Counted from the stretch's first letter, positions 1 to 13,411 are shown. The stretch: 64,000 nucleotides of DNA from Octopus vulgaris (GCA_951406725.2 OX597823.1:44392001-44456000), one strand, 5' to 3'. Notes: a model not told the origin generated them from the letters alone. Translations and numbers: made by a program.

Positions 1-389
1 ATTTTTGTGTCTTCGATTTTCGATTTCTATTTTAATGTGGTTCTGAATTATATATGTATCATATATATACGTGTAATTATTAAATCTTATACTTGGTTTT
101 TATAACTAAATCTAGTGTGTCTCCCAACATACAACTGACATCTGACGTATCAAAAGACGTGACAATATTTTTACTGATTTTGACTAGATTACAGCTGATC
201 ATAATAATTATGAAAGGCAATGAGTTAAAGTGGAGTGTGCAGTTTGTGTGAACTAAACAAAGTGACCAATGTGTTTTCTGTAGTCGAAGGGGCAACCAAT
301 TTGGTTACCATGCATGGTGGCCAAAATCTACGGTACGCCGCAAACGAAGAAATTCCTCTCCTATAACTCCCCAGTAAGTGCTCTAGCTA

Positions 390-640
390 CAGTGGTGTAG
401 CGAGAGTGTGTGCCGCCCGGGGCGGCCTTTCAGTTTTTCCGCACTCGAGCCCCCACAAAAGATACATATAGCACATTGTATTGAATTTAACGTTGAGTAG
501 TTTCCTTGTCCCGAGATTAAAACCACTATTATTTGATTTCAATACAGCCTATACAGGCTTATAGCTTATAGCAGACCCCCACCCATAAAAGTGCCACCAG
601 AGGCGGACCACCTCCTCCGCCCCATTTTAGCTACGCTAGT
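390..640. mobile_element. hAT-like MITE
   Basis: Termini CAGTGGTGTAGC ... GCTACGCTAGTG form imperfect TIRs of the CAGTGGCGTAGC type; a related copy lies in the opposite orientation at 853. Confidence 0.6.
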
Positions 641-852
641 GATTACTTTACTAAGCTGTATATATTTGATGTGATGTTTCTACCAAACATGAACGCTTTT
701 TTATGTCTCAAATACATCATCAAGTGACTTCCAATGCATTCCATTGTTTGTCACCCACAGGTGCTATATTTACTCTGAAGTTGGTATTGGCATGCATCAT
801 TTGGGCTATCATCAACGAGGACATTTAGTAGTGACCTAAGAATTACATCGCA

Positions 853-2360
853 TCACTAGCGTATCTTGGTGGGTGGGGGGATAGAGGAGATCCATCCCGG
901 GCGGCACTTTTAAAGGGGCACCACTTTTGGGTCTGCTGTAGGCAATATGCATTTTTTTTGTGGGGTCCGGGGGCAGAAAACAAAAGGGCTGCCCCGGGAG
1001 GTTCGCGAAAATTTTTCCCACGAAAGTTCCGGACCGCAGTAATAAACTTATTTACATACAGCCAATCAGAGCTCACCTTGATTTTGTTGTACACAAACAA
1101 CTACGCAGAGGCTGCCATGCAGATAACGAAGGATCAGATCCGTTCAGCTCTCGTCTAGGTATAACATGCGTGAATGTGTTAAAAACAACCAATCTGTAGT
1201 GGTAAAGGTGTAGCAAAAAATGTTGAGGTAGCAGATGAAATAGGCATGTGGACGATATTAAAGTAAAACAATGGGAAAGCATCGGATTGTGGTTTAAATA
1301 ATTTATTTAATCGATACTTGCATTAACTTGTATACACCAAAAAGTTCACTATATGACATTACCAACTTGCTTCGAGTTGGTAAAGTAGAAAATAAACAGG
1401 GGAAATACTGTGTCGATGTGATGAGGTAGAACCGGGCATGTTTTGTGTCTGTGTGTACGTTGGTCATTCGGTGGTGTCTGTTTACGTTTTGCGTCTGCTA
1501 CTGTGTTGGGTCGTTCATGCTGAACATGTGGTTCTGTGTCGGCTGCTTGACTGGTGCAAGTTCCTTGCTGGCTGTCTGGTGATGGTTGTTTCTGCCGTCC
1601 CTTGACGGATTGCTGTATTTATAATGGCCAGGACAGCTAGAAGGACAGACATACCACAGGAGTAATTTCTACTTATGTAGGTCGCCTCCTGTCCACTTGA
1701 ACCTTAAATGACTCGGCTCAGGTTGTAGGTCGAAAAGAAATCCAGCCTTCACTTTTTGACAGGACAAAGAAATTTCTTTCGCGCCTGTTTGTCCCGTAGT
1801 GGATCAGACGAGCGAGAATCTTTAGATTCGGTTTCGAATCTTGGCTCGGAAAAAGGAAGTGTTAGTTTTTACAAATCTATTGGTAAAACAGATTCTACCA
1901 TGTAACCTCAAGACGATGAACGGTGTTGTAAGATCACCAAGTTAAGGCAGATTTTAGAAGGAGACAAGTAATTAGATAGATTTGCATCTATACCTATAAT
2001 CGAATTTGTTAGGGCCCCATATGGTAAAGATGTGGACGTGAGAAGTCTGGGTACAGGGTGATGTGCGAGCCACCCTCTCTCTTTACTGTTTTACAAAGTA
2101 AACAACAACACAAATAATTACGCAGAGGCAGCCATGGTTGAAACAAGAACGAAAACAACAAGCATTATTAAAAGGGAAAAGAAGCATAGTCATTTCTTAT
2201 CCAAGTGACCTTATCTTATCGCCCTTTACTTGTTATGCGCTCATAAATTAGTTTGATAGTTGAGCTCTGATCGGCTGTATGCAAATGATTCATAACTGGA
2301 AATGGAACTCTCGTGGGAAAAAAAAATTTCGCTGGCGGCATATACTCTAGCTACGCTAGT
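853..2360. mobile_element. Second copy of the same MITE, split by a nested ~1.3-kb TIR element
   Basis: Starts CACTAGCGTATC, is interrupted after gctgccccggg (~998), and resumes ggcggca...gctacgctagtg (2335-2360). Confidence 0.6.
1005..2332. mobile_element. Non-autonomous DNA transposon with ~75-bp imperfect TIRs
   Basis: Left gcgaaaatttttcccacgaaagttcc...tacagccaatcagagctca pairs with right tgagctctgatcggctgta...ggaactctcgtgggaaaaaaaaatttcgc. No transposase ORF. Confidence 0.65.
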
Positions 2361-3232
2361 GGATCGCATATCAGAAAGCAAGCATGCAGTGCTATATCAA
2401 GTCACTTTGCTTCAACTAATGTGAAGTTTATGCATAAATACATGTGTCTTGGGGAGCCGATGCGTCTTTCATATCAACATAGTTACCTGCTCAGTCATAT
2501 CAATAGGTACTCTAGATGGTCCAATGCTGTTTAACGAATTAATACTACTGTTAAGACAGGAGCTAATGCATTCGTACACCTCTAGATTTCAATATACAGC
2601 CAGTACACAGCCCACCATTTTTACCTACGAATGAGTGTTGATGACGTTAACCCCAGTGCATAGACCATCTGCTTGATATTCAGCGTTAACGACAAAATCT
2701 ATATAAAATGGTTATTAAAAAAAAAGGCGGGGGGGGGGTTAAATATATGGGAGATAATTCTTTTCAATTTGAATAAGTTATTTCCCCTGTCAAATTTTAT
2801 TAGATTACTTTACTTTCTAGTCATGTTAGGCAATTAGGATACAAATCTCTCTCTAGATTGGACAATAGCACGTCCCATTTAACTTTCTTGGTATATATAG
2901 TACCTAAAAGCTTGTTGGTGTGGGAGAACTATTTTCTCCACTTTGCTTTGCTCCTATGTGTTCATTCACTGCTATGTTTGTATTTGAGTGTGAATGTGCT
3001 TTGTATTTGTGTGCCACCCACTATTGCTTGACAACTGGTGTCGGTTTGTTTATGTCAAACATAACTCTATAATCTAGCAGTCTGGCAAAAAGAGACTGAT
3101 AGAATAATTTTTGGGGTCGATATGTTTGCCTTAACCCTTCAAGGCAGTGCCCCAGCATGGCCACAGTCCAATGACTGAAAGAAGTAAAAATAAAAAGTAA
3201 GACACACATAAATACATACATACATACATACA

Positions 3233-3266
<34 letters not shown>

Positions 3267-3423
3267 CATACATACATACATATACACATACAATATACAT
3301 ACATATACAATATATATATATATAGATAATGTATATTATGTATTATTTATATTATCATATGATTGAATACCACGCATCCATTTCCAAGTAAATATATATA
3401 CATGCATACATACATACGTATAT

Positions 3424-3469
<46 letters not shown>

Positions 3470-3920
3470 ACGCACACACACACGTGCACACACACATTAG
3501 CATGATTATTTTGTGTTGGTTTATGAATTTTTGATACTCGTAAAATACTGCTTAAATTTCCTGTGTCATTAACTCTCTCCCCTTGATTGCTTTCTGTCTT
3601 GTCCCAATTATGCTTGCTCATTCAATCCTCGATTGCATTTAATGCCTTTTTGGGCTTATTAATGATGAAATGCAATAATATTTTGGTTAGGAAACTCTAG
3701 TTAGATGTATTTCACAAGGCTTTCATTGGTTTATATTATAATATTATCTTTACTCTCTTAACTGATGAAACGCTAATCCTACTTGTTGAAAACCATATCA
3801 CACAAACACACACACACTCACACACACAAACACACACACACGTACATGCATGCACACACACATACACCCATATATACATATATATATATATACAAATATA
3901 TATTTGTATGTGTGTATATA

Positions 3921-3962
<42 letters not shown>

Positions 3963-4004
3963 TGTGTGTGTGTGTGTGTGTATATATAAACATGCATATA
4001 TGTG

Positions 4005-4140
4005 TAGGGAGAGTTCACGAAAAATACAAAAGACAGGTGGTGTACAAAACAAACAGATGTATTAGTATAATGCTCAGGAATTGAAAAAGTCTTTTACGTT
4101 TCGAGCCTACGCTCTTCTACAGAAAGGGACACAGAAAAAA
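4005..4140 (-). mobile_element. Penelope-like terminal repeat with a variant minimal hammerhead motif
   Basis: The minus strand at 4091-4126 reads cttt-CTGTAGA-agagcgtaggctc-GAAAC-GTA-aaag, with stems I and II and a palindromic ACGT stem III. The core deviates from CUGANGA. Confidence 0.5.
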
Positions 4141-4616
4141 AACAAAGAGAGAAAAAAATGTGTGTAGTGGCTACTGATCTATCATGGCGACTGCCAGACA
4201 GAAGGGTCACAAAGGAGAGTGAAGAAGTAGGGGAAATACACACCTCTATTAATTCTGGAAATGTATTACTCTCTTCTTCACTCAAAGTTTTTATTTTTAT
4301 ATCATATAATATATTTGTATTTTACTGCTCAATTTATACACCACCAACCTACCCAACTGTTAGTGAAACAACACCATTTATATTTTGAAGATAAGTTACC
4401 TAATCAAATTCAAATACTTATTCATCAAATTGTATTATTTCAAATCATATATTACATGAACCATCATACTTTTATTCCAGTCTTGATCACAACTGTCTGA
4501 CAAACGGAAATGTGAAACCCAGAGTAACAATATTTTATGATGCTTTTGCAGCCTTAATGAAAAAAAGTATGTATGTATGTATTTATGTATGTATGTATGT
4601 ATGTATGTATGTATGT

Positions 4617-4812
4617 GAAGGCGCGTGGCTTAGTGGTTAGAGGCATACGGCTCATGATCGTAAGGTCATGAGTGCAATTCCCGGCAGCGCATTGGGTCCT
4701 TGAGCAAGACACTTTATTTCATGTTGCTCCAGTCCACTCAGCTGGCAAAAATGAGTAGTACCTGAGTCCACTCAGCTGGCAAAAATGAGTAGTACTTGAG
4801 TCCACTCAGCTG
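4617..4812 (+). mobile_element. tRNA-derived SINE (5' part) with an internal 34-bp tandem duplication
   Basis: A-box TGGCTTAGTGG and B-box-like GTGCAATTCC; same family as 54195-54518; gtccactcagctggcaaaaatgagtagtac is repeated ~2.3 times. Confidence 0.7.
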
Positions 4813-5397
4813 ACAAACACACACTCTCACACACACTCTCACACCCACACACACACACACATTATCATTATCATCATCATCATCATTATCATCTTTGTTT
4901 AATGTCTGCCTTCCATGCTCGTATGGGTGGGACGGTTTCACAAGAGCCAGCCAGGCAGAAACCTGCCTCAGACTTCTGTAACTGTTTTGGCAGGATTTTT
5001 ACAGATAGATGCCACATCAAAAATGAAGTATAAATATATATATATATATACATCAACGCATATGTGGTTGATCAAAGACAGGTGGATTCGTTATTTTTTT
5101 CTCTTTACTTACGGGAATTAAGAGTATTGCTGTCTGGGAGATATCTTATGGTAGAGGAATAGTATTTTAACTGCTATTTCTAAATTTCGGTATGTAGTGA
5201 AGCAATTTGCTGAACCCTAATTATAATTATGCTTATAATAATAGAATTTTTGTATAAGGTTATCGATAAAGGTTCTTTTAACATACCGAACTACTTGGTA
5301 AAATTACTAATTATTAATTATTATTGAAAATATATACATACATACATACATACAGACAGACAGACAGGCAGGCAGGCAAGCAGGCAGACAGACAGAC

Positions 5398-5436
<39 letters not shown>

Positions 5437-6242
5437 CACACACATCATCATCATTTAATGTCCGTTTTCCATGCTTGCATAGGTTGGACTGTTTGACAGG
5501 AGCTGGCCAGCCAGACTTCACTGTCTGTTTTGGCATGGTTTTTATGGCTGGATGCCCTCTTTGATGCCAACAACTGGCTTACAGTATTTGTGTGCGTACC
5601 ATTAAGATGATTTTTGCAGCAGTATATACAAAATTATACATAGTAATCCCACAACAGTGGGTTATATAATTAATCCACTCAAAACGTTTCAGTAAATACA
5701 ATTGCAAGCAAGCAGAGATGTAGAGTTGTTAGGGCTCTTTAGTCAAGTCAAAGAAATTGCTATCTCTCAAGTATTGGTACCATGGTGTTTGGAAGAACCT
5801 CCTGCTACAGGAACCAAGCCAAGAAATGAAACTTATGAAAGAGATGTGTCCTCTCACCTGTCCAAGTGAGCCATGCCTCTGAATAAGAGATGACTCAAAC
5901 TGTTGTGATCTGTGCAAGCCATGGCAGTATGGAAAACAGAAGTAAAGCAACGATGATGATGATAATGATGTCTGTTTTTTTCCGTCCTTGTTTTTGTATA
6001 CATTTGCTGCGTTCTTCCAAGGAATCTAATGTTCTTAGCTTAGTTCTTCCTTGGGGCTGGCCAGATTGGAGCAATCTCAAGAATAATCAGTTGAAATTGC
6101 GAGGATAATCTGGTGCTTGACTGAGGATAGAAAACTTCAAATGACCCATCCTTGTTTTCTTTGTATCGTCTATCTGGATGTTTTGTTGTCCCTTTCTGTA
6201 TCTCCTAGCTGGCTGGATGTTTTGCGTTCTTGTCCCATTTTG

Positions 6243-6280
<38 letters not shown>

Positions 6281-6886
6281 AACTTATAAGCGAGGGCTAA
6301 AGAAGATTATTCCAAAGCCAATATACTGATTTTCCACATATAATCCACTTGCTATAGAAATTGAACTGAAGTCGGGCAAACTAACCGTTAGAATACTTAA
6401 ATTTCGTTATCTCTATATTGAATCATTTTCGGAATTAATCTCATAAAGGATTCATTCTTCATCGGTAGAGCTTACAAGAGAATATAATTAAGATACTCAC
6501 ATGCGCCCATGGAAAAAGCTGAAGCAAAGAACATAAGTACATTTAAGTACCTCAGTTATATCTAAAAAATAAAAATTCTTTGGTCAGTCTCAGAACAACA
6601 CATACACACACACACATGGAAATATATGTACATATATGTGTGTGTGTGTGTGTGCGCGTCATCATCATCATCATCATTTAGCATCAGCTTTCCATGCTGG
6701 CATGGGTTAGACAGTTTGACTGGAACTGGTAAGCTGGAGAACTGCATCAAGTTCCAGAAACCACACTAAATCAGACTGGAACTTGGTGCAGCTCTCCAGT
6801 TTACCAATTCCAGTCAAACTGTCTAACCCAGGCCAGCATGGAAAGCAGACACTAAATGATGATGATGATAACACACAAACACACAG

Positions 6887-6919
<33 letters not shown>

Positions 6920-7288
6920 TATGTGTGTATGTATGTATGTGTAGATAACAGTAGTTACAGGATCTGCCAGAGTTTAAGTGCATCAACACATATGACGTCA
7001 GACTGCTTAGGCATCGAGTTCCCAGTGACGTAAAAATAGCCATTACATGTCACACGTTGGTCATGTACTGCAGGTTTGTCGACAAGGTAGGTACCAAAGC
7101 TGAAATAAACCTTAGATGTGACTCAGCACTTGACTGTTGTGATCTTTAATCAAGATTTTATCTACGGTTTAAATCTATGTGTATATATTTATTTCTTAAA
7201 AATTTTTTATTTTTATCTAGTTTCAGCTCACAAGCTGTGGCCATGCTGGGGCACCGCCATTTATATATATCTTTTTACGTTTTTATTC

Positions 7289-7645
7289 TTTTACTTGTTT
7301 CAGTTATTTGTCAGCAGCCATGCTGGAGCACCACCTTGAAGGATTTTAGTCAAACAAATTGACCCCAGGACTTATTTTTCGTAAGCCTAGTACTTATTTT
7401 ACCAGTCTTCTTTGTCAAACTGCCAAGTTACAGAGATGTAAACACACCAACACTGGTTGTCAAGCGTTGATGGGGGGAACAAATGCAGACACAGAGACAA
7501 GTCACACACACACACATATATGATAGGCTTCTTTCAGTTTCCATCTACCAAATTCATTCACAAGGTTATCGTCGGCCTGAAACTATAGTGGAAGACACTT
7601 GCCCAAGGTGCCATGCAGTGGTCCTGAACCTGGAACCATGTGGTT
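7289..7645 (-). mobile_element. tRNA-derived SINE (family with internal (TA)/(CA) tract)
   Basis: Colinear with the copies at 28049-28475 and 61678-62056. Fragments at ~3005-3195, 7750-7985, 13450-13670, 17100-17300, 23660-23820 and 50762-50920. Confidence 0.75.
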
Positions 7646-8785
7646 ATAATTGTTTTTTAAAAATAAATAGACATAATATAAAGTCTAAAAGTTGATGAAT
7701 ACCACCTCTTGATCCCGTCCATTTTCTTATTGCTGTACATGTATATATATATATGTGTGTGTGTGTGTTTGTGTATGTTTGTGTCTGTGTTTGTCCCCCC
7801 TCACCACCATCACTTGACACCTGACGTTGGTGTGTTTACGTCCCCGTAACTTAGCGGTTTGGCAAAAGAGAACAATAAAATAAGTACTAGGCTTACAAAG
7901 AACAAGTCCTGAGGTCAATCTGTTCAACTAAAGATGGTGCTCCAGCATGGCTGTAGTCAAATGACTGAAACAAATAAAAGAATAAAAAAATAAACGAACA
8001 TATATATATGAAAGGTATTGGTATCCAGAAGACCCATTAGCCAGTACAATACACACATATGTCTATAGAAACTTGACCATTATTTTATATCTTAGTATTC
8101 TCTTCCATTTCCAGGTTTACTACTTACTTTAGAACATCCGTCCATACCTTTTTTTGTACCCATCCCTTAGTACCATCCTAACATATCACTTATCCTCATA
8201 CTCCTCACACACATTCATTCCTTACATTCTTATCTCTTCCTCTCCCTCCCCTTTTCCTCTCCGATGTCCCCTCATGATATCTTGACTACCAACTAACACT
8301 CCTTTTTTCACTTTTTCACTTTCACTTTTTCATTTGTTCTTTTTTTTCTCACTTTCTCTTCTTGTTTTCATTTTTTCTTCTTCTTTCTTTCCTTTTTCTT
8401 TTCTCACCTTTTCTTTTCGACCTTTCTCCTTATTTTAACATACACCTATATTCTCCCCTCTTTATCTATTATTACCACTACATTCTCAAAGTTTCATTCA
8501 CACCACAAGACCCTTTTGAATGGACAGTACATGGAATGTACATCTCCACACTTTCCGTTTGTAATGACAAAATATGAATTCCTATTGGAATTTACATACC
8601 ATGGACATGAAGCATTTCTACACACCACTTTCCTTGGATAATGGAACTGTAACTATAACATCTTTTATATTTTTATTTCTACTTTCATTTTCCTATTTCC
8701 CTCTATACTCCTCATTTCCATCTTTTTCCAAAATAACTCCTTATATTGAACTCTAATAATTCCCTCTATTTAACCATTTCACATC

Positions 8786-8833
8786 GTCTCTGATGAAGAG
8801 ATATCCCTAATATCCCAGAAACAGCTGTAAGAC
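8786..8833 (+). ncRNA. Minimal type I hammerhead ribozyme motif (Penelope-type)
   Basis: gtct-CTGATGA-a-gagata(tccctaa)tatccc-a-GAAAC-agct-GTA-agac: intact core, stem I gtct/agac, stem II 5 of 6 paired, palindromic ACAGCTGT stem III, GUA cleavage triplet. Confidence 0.7.
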
Positions 8834-9019
8834 TATCCTTCACTTTATAAATGTCCTGAAAATTGCACACAGACTTGACTTTGCTGTCTCATTTTATTTA
8901 ACACACACATACACATATGTGCATGTTCCTGTGTGTGTGTTGATGTATGTTGATTTATCTATCTATCTATTTATCTGTCTGTCTCCCGCTGTTCCCACAC
9001 TCTCCCTTTATATGTATAT

Positions 9020-9500
9020 ACTTGCAAAGACCTGTTGAGGCAAGTGAAATCGTTGTCATGGCCAATGACAGTACTGCTTGATTAGCATCCATGCCAGTGG
9101 AACATTAGAAGCACCATTTGAGTGTGATTGCTACCAGGGCTTGCCAGAGTCACCTGACTGGCTCCTGTGCCGGTGGCATGTAAAAACACCATTTGAGCAT
9201 CATCATTGCCAGTGTCGCCGGACTGGCTCCTGTACAGGTGGCACGTAAAAAGCACCATTTGAGCATGGTCAATGCCAGTATCACCTGACTGGCCCTCATG
9301 CCGGTGGCATGTAAAAGCACCCACTACACTCTTGGAGTGGTTGGTGTTGGGAAGGGCATCCAGCTGTAGAAACTTTGCCAGATCAGATTGGAGTCTGGTG
9401 CAGCCTTCTGGCTTGCCAGCCCTCAGTCAAACCGCCCAAACCATGCCAGCATGGAAAGCAGACATTAAACGACGACGATGATGATGATGATGATGATGAT
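9020..9500 (+). mobile_element. 3' end of an RTE-family LINE (tandem-repeat 3' UTR, (GAT)n tail)
   Basis: Repeated gccggtggcatgtaaaagcacc units and terminal aaacgacgacgatgatgat, homologous to the 3' end of the RTE at 23834-25555. Confidence 0.75.
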
Positions 9501-9773
9501 GAAAATATCTACATATTAATATGCTAAGACCAAAATGCATTATGTTGTCATGTGATTAGCAGAAGGGAGAGGTAAAAAGAAAGAGTAAAAGAAGGAGGAA
9601 GTAAAGAAAGAGAGAAAAAAAGAGTAAGAGAGAAGCATCCATGATGTGAGGTGGGATGAGTATAATACCTATTATGTGGTTAAAGAGTTATTTGAAGGGA
9701 GTAATATAGAGAGAGTTAGAAATACAATGTTTAGCAGGAGGAGGATGTTCTGGTGGTGATGTTAAAGAAAGAT

Positions 9774-9774
<1 letters not shown>

Positions 9775-9840
<66 letters not shown>
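9775..9840. repeat. (GA)n microsatellite
   Basis: Direct reading of the sequence. Confidence 0.95.
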
Positions 9841-11318
9841 TGATGGCAGTGAGTGAATAGTGAAAAGTATCTTTTTCTAAAATTGAACTAAATTTTTTAT
9901 ATTGCCCATCACTTTATGCATGCACATAAGTGCAATAATTAATTGTCTGCTCATTTGAAAATTGATATCAGTTTTTAAAGTGTGGATGACAGACAATGTA
10001 GGCTAACAACAGAAAGAATGTGATCATATAGGCCATGATGTAAAGAGAAACAGAGGGTCAAAACATTAGAACAAGTATGGAAGCATCTGTGTGTAGAAGG
10101 GAAAATACAAATCAAAGAGTGCTGAGCTAGTATTTACCACAGATAAGTGAAAGTGTTCAAGCTAGAATAGAAAATGTAAATGAGAGAGAATGTAAACAAA
10201 CTTGTAAACATGCTTGGAAGGTTAGAACATTGATGACATGAATATTCTTTGAAATCAATGTGAAGCCCTTAGATATATAAATGAACTTCAGAATTGCTGA
10301 GAGAATGGGGAAGGTGTGCTCCTTCCATTACAACCTATACAGAAAAACTAAAAGGTGTTTTTAAATGGAAATAATTCTGAATATACAATTTATAAAGGAA
10401 CACTAATTTTTATGGTGCTATATAAACTTACAAACATCTAAAAAAATTTCATATTCACTGTGTAATTTCCACAGGTACTGCTTGTATATATAATTCCAGA
10501 ATGGAGGGACCTGTGAGTAATTGGTAGAGTGGTCTATTCTGTTCCATTCTACTAGCATTCCTTGCAACCTTGCTCAGCAAATGTATTGATTCTCTCATTC
10601 CTCTAAAGCCAATCAACATTACTAGGAGAGCTGGACTAAACACTGTTCTTTTGTTAGGCACTTCAGGTAAAAGCAACATTATGGCTACAGCATCATCCAG
10701 TTGACATAGTGGACATTCCATCCAAACATAGGCAGAATGGAACCAATATAGGAAGAATAATCATGGTTTATAAGTCTTCTCCAATTGACATTCAGAGGGG
10801 GTGTCACAAGCCAACTCTGTTGGTGGGAGTAACTTTGCCATTGCACTGATAAACTACTGCTTGTCTCAAGCTAGGTAACTATCAAACAGCAAAGTGCTAA
10901 TCAAAGACTTCTGTAAAAGCATTTGATTAAGTTGTCATACTGATTACAAGAAACAGGAAAGTGTTGCTAATAACAGCACATCTTGGAGAGCAGTAATTGA
11001 CAGTGCTGCTATTACTGTAAGATAGGAGAGATATGCAGCTTTCCACTTGAAACAATAAAGAGGAAAGGAAAAATAATGCAAACAAGAAACACTTCACTGT
11101 TTTCTGGTTTCCATGCAAGTCTTTTCATCTCAACATTAAAGGAAATCCATGCACATAGCTGCAAAAAGCTGTAATGTTGCAGTTTGGACTATTGATAACA
11201 AACATCGTATGTATGTATGTATGTATGTATGTATGTATGTATGTATGTATGTATGTATGTATGTGTGTATGTGTGCGTGTGCGTGTGTGTCTGTGTGAGT
11301 GTGTGGGTGTGGGTGTGG

Positions 11319-11349
<31 letters not shown>

Positions 11350-11519
11350 CTTCTGCCTTTAATTATTTAAATTCTTCTGAAGAAGAAGGAGCTGTTTTCT
11401 AAACAAAGAAACAAAGCTCCATCATTGGATGTAGATAACAAAAGCAATGTCACATTTTAAACATGAGTAAAGTCTTGCATATTTCTATTGTTCCACTTAC
11501 AGATTGTATTTGTAATGTG

Positions 11520-12720
11520 AAAATTAGGTGGTTGATTTCTATTCCTGAAAACCCCAGATTATCCAAATTGTCACTTAGATATTGACTCACAAAAACCAAG
11601 TGCACCAATTATTATTGGTATAAATGTGAAATTATAATCTGGATAAGGGAGCTGGAGGTTTCAAAGTAGTTGTCCACAGTTATCCGCTTTCTCTTTGATT
11701 TTCAAAGGGATATTCACAACAGCATGACAGCTGATCTCTATGACAGTGCATCCTTTTTATTCTCTCTCCCAAATGACAATATCTGGCCTGTTATGTTTAA
11801 ACTTCACTGATGCTTTGATAGGAATGTTCCACCAGTATTCCTTGTGTTGATGTTTGTGTATGTGTTCAGTAATAGGGAGACTCTCTGTATTTATTCTACA
11901 ACAGTCTTTTTTCTCAATTGTTTCTATATTGTTTTTGTGACAATGTCATGTTGCATAGGGAGTTAGTACCTTGATGATATTTCTAGACAGCTGCTAATCA
12001 CATGTATGATGTCTTCCACAAAAATATGACACCATCTATATTTTCGGTTGCATCTTGGAGCTCCCAGGGTTTCACTGTCCTTTTGTTTATTAGGAATTTT
12101 GTAGTAATCTCCTGTTCCTAAATTGCAAATGCATAGCCTTTGAAGTGTGATGTGATATAGTAGCCACGAGTCCAAGAGAGGCTGCACTTCATGTTGATAT
12201 TACTGTTGTCTTCAAGTGTTTGGGAAGCACACCCATGAATAGTCTTTCTTTGGAATGCTAAGTGCTTCACATTCAGGTCTCCCTTGAGGTATATTAGTCC
12301 TGGCTGTTTTGGGATCATCAGGAAGGAAATGCTTCTTGTGGAGCTCACTGCAAACATGTAGGATATTGTTTTCTTCCATTTTCAGCACTGAGGAGCTTGC
12401 TGCCAACGTGTAGGACATCATTCTCTTCCCTTTCCAACACTAAGTTAACCTGCTTATTTTTGAGACTGTTGTTTAGTAAATGCTATCTGGAAGAGACTAT
12501 TTGACATTCAAAGGCTGTCTGCCCTCATCTCAACCCTCTACCACATTTGTTTCTTCTTAGGTAGAAGATATCGACATCATCATTTCTGTGGAGATTTCCA
12601 GTTGATGTCAGAATATTGTGGGTTTTAACATCTATGGATTGGATTTCCTCTTCAGAACAATCAAGTATCCCAAATGTTGGAATTAGCACTGGTACTGAAA
12701 ATGCATTGTGGGTTACTGCC
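11520..12720 (-). mobile_element. Decayed R4/Dong-like non-LTR retrotransposon (RT C-terminus plus restriction-like endonuclease)
   Basis: Minus-strand peptides EIQSIDVKTHNILT..GNLHRNDDVDIFYLRRNKCGRGL, C..VEDI.HVISSC and EYWWNIPIKASVKFKHNRPDIVIWERE*KGCTVIEISC (RPD..E motif of RLE); many stops and frameshifts. Confidence 0.8.
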
Positions 12721-13293
12721 TTGTATGTATGTATGTATACACACACACATTTATATATATCATGGGATATCACAGTATTAATTGGACTATTGGATGGATG
12801 TTATTATATATTGCTGGTCAGCTTTTGAATGATACTATCACACTGGCTAGGCAAGTAGGCTAACTTTCCCCCTAACCAGAAAGCTATTTAATCACAGCAT
12901 TAACCATTTACAGCTGAGTGGACTGTAGCAACATGAAATGGAGTGTTTTGCTCAAAAACACAATGTGCTGCTCAGTCCAGGAATTGAACTCACAATCTAG
13001 AGATCAAGAGTGGGAACAAACTTTATATAAGTTGTTTAAAAAAAAAACTAGACAGAAACAGAAAAAGAAATGACTTCAGAAAACTGTTTTCCTCAACTTA
13101 TGGGGTAACTTATATACAGACATTTTTCAAACAATATTATAACCCAAAACAATAAATTGCCTCCTCAGAAGGAAATGGAAAGAGGAATGACTCATTAATC
13201 ATATGAAACTTATGATTCCTTTCCTCTAAATATCTATCATTACCTGAGGTAAGCACACCTATCCTATTACTCAATTTCTTTAATCAACAAAGC

Positions 13294-13411
13294 TGAGAAA
13301 GAGACAGTCCTATTTTTTTTGTTGACTCAGTAACTAATAGTTACAGACACATTCCATTAATATGTAACTATTAGTTACTGAGTCAACAAAAAAATAGGAC
13401 TCTCTTTCTCA
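13294..13411. repeat. Near-perfect inverted repeat (~50-bp arms, 17-nt loop)
   Basis: tgagaaagag(ac)agtcctattttttttgttgactcagtaactaatagttaca pairs with tgtaactattagttactgagtcaacaaaaaaataggactctctttctca. Confidence 0.9.

Noticed and set aside
80-360. 71-aa minus-strand ORF and CpG-containing segment at the window edge
   Set aside because: No domain similarity, and the context is truncated by the window boundary.
10455-11200. 88-aa minus-strand ORF with a CPLC motif, possibly another retroelement remnant
   Set aside because: No diagnostic motif could be assigned with confidence and there are no convincing splice sites.
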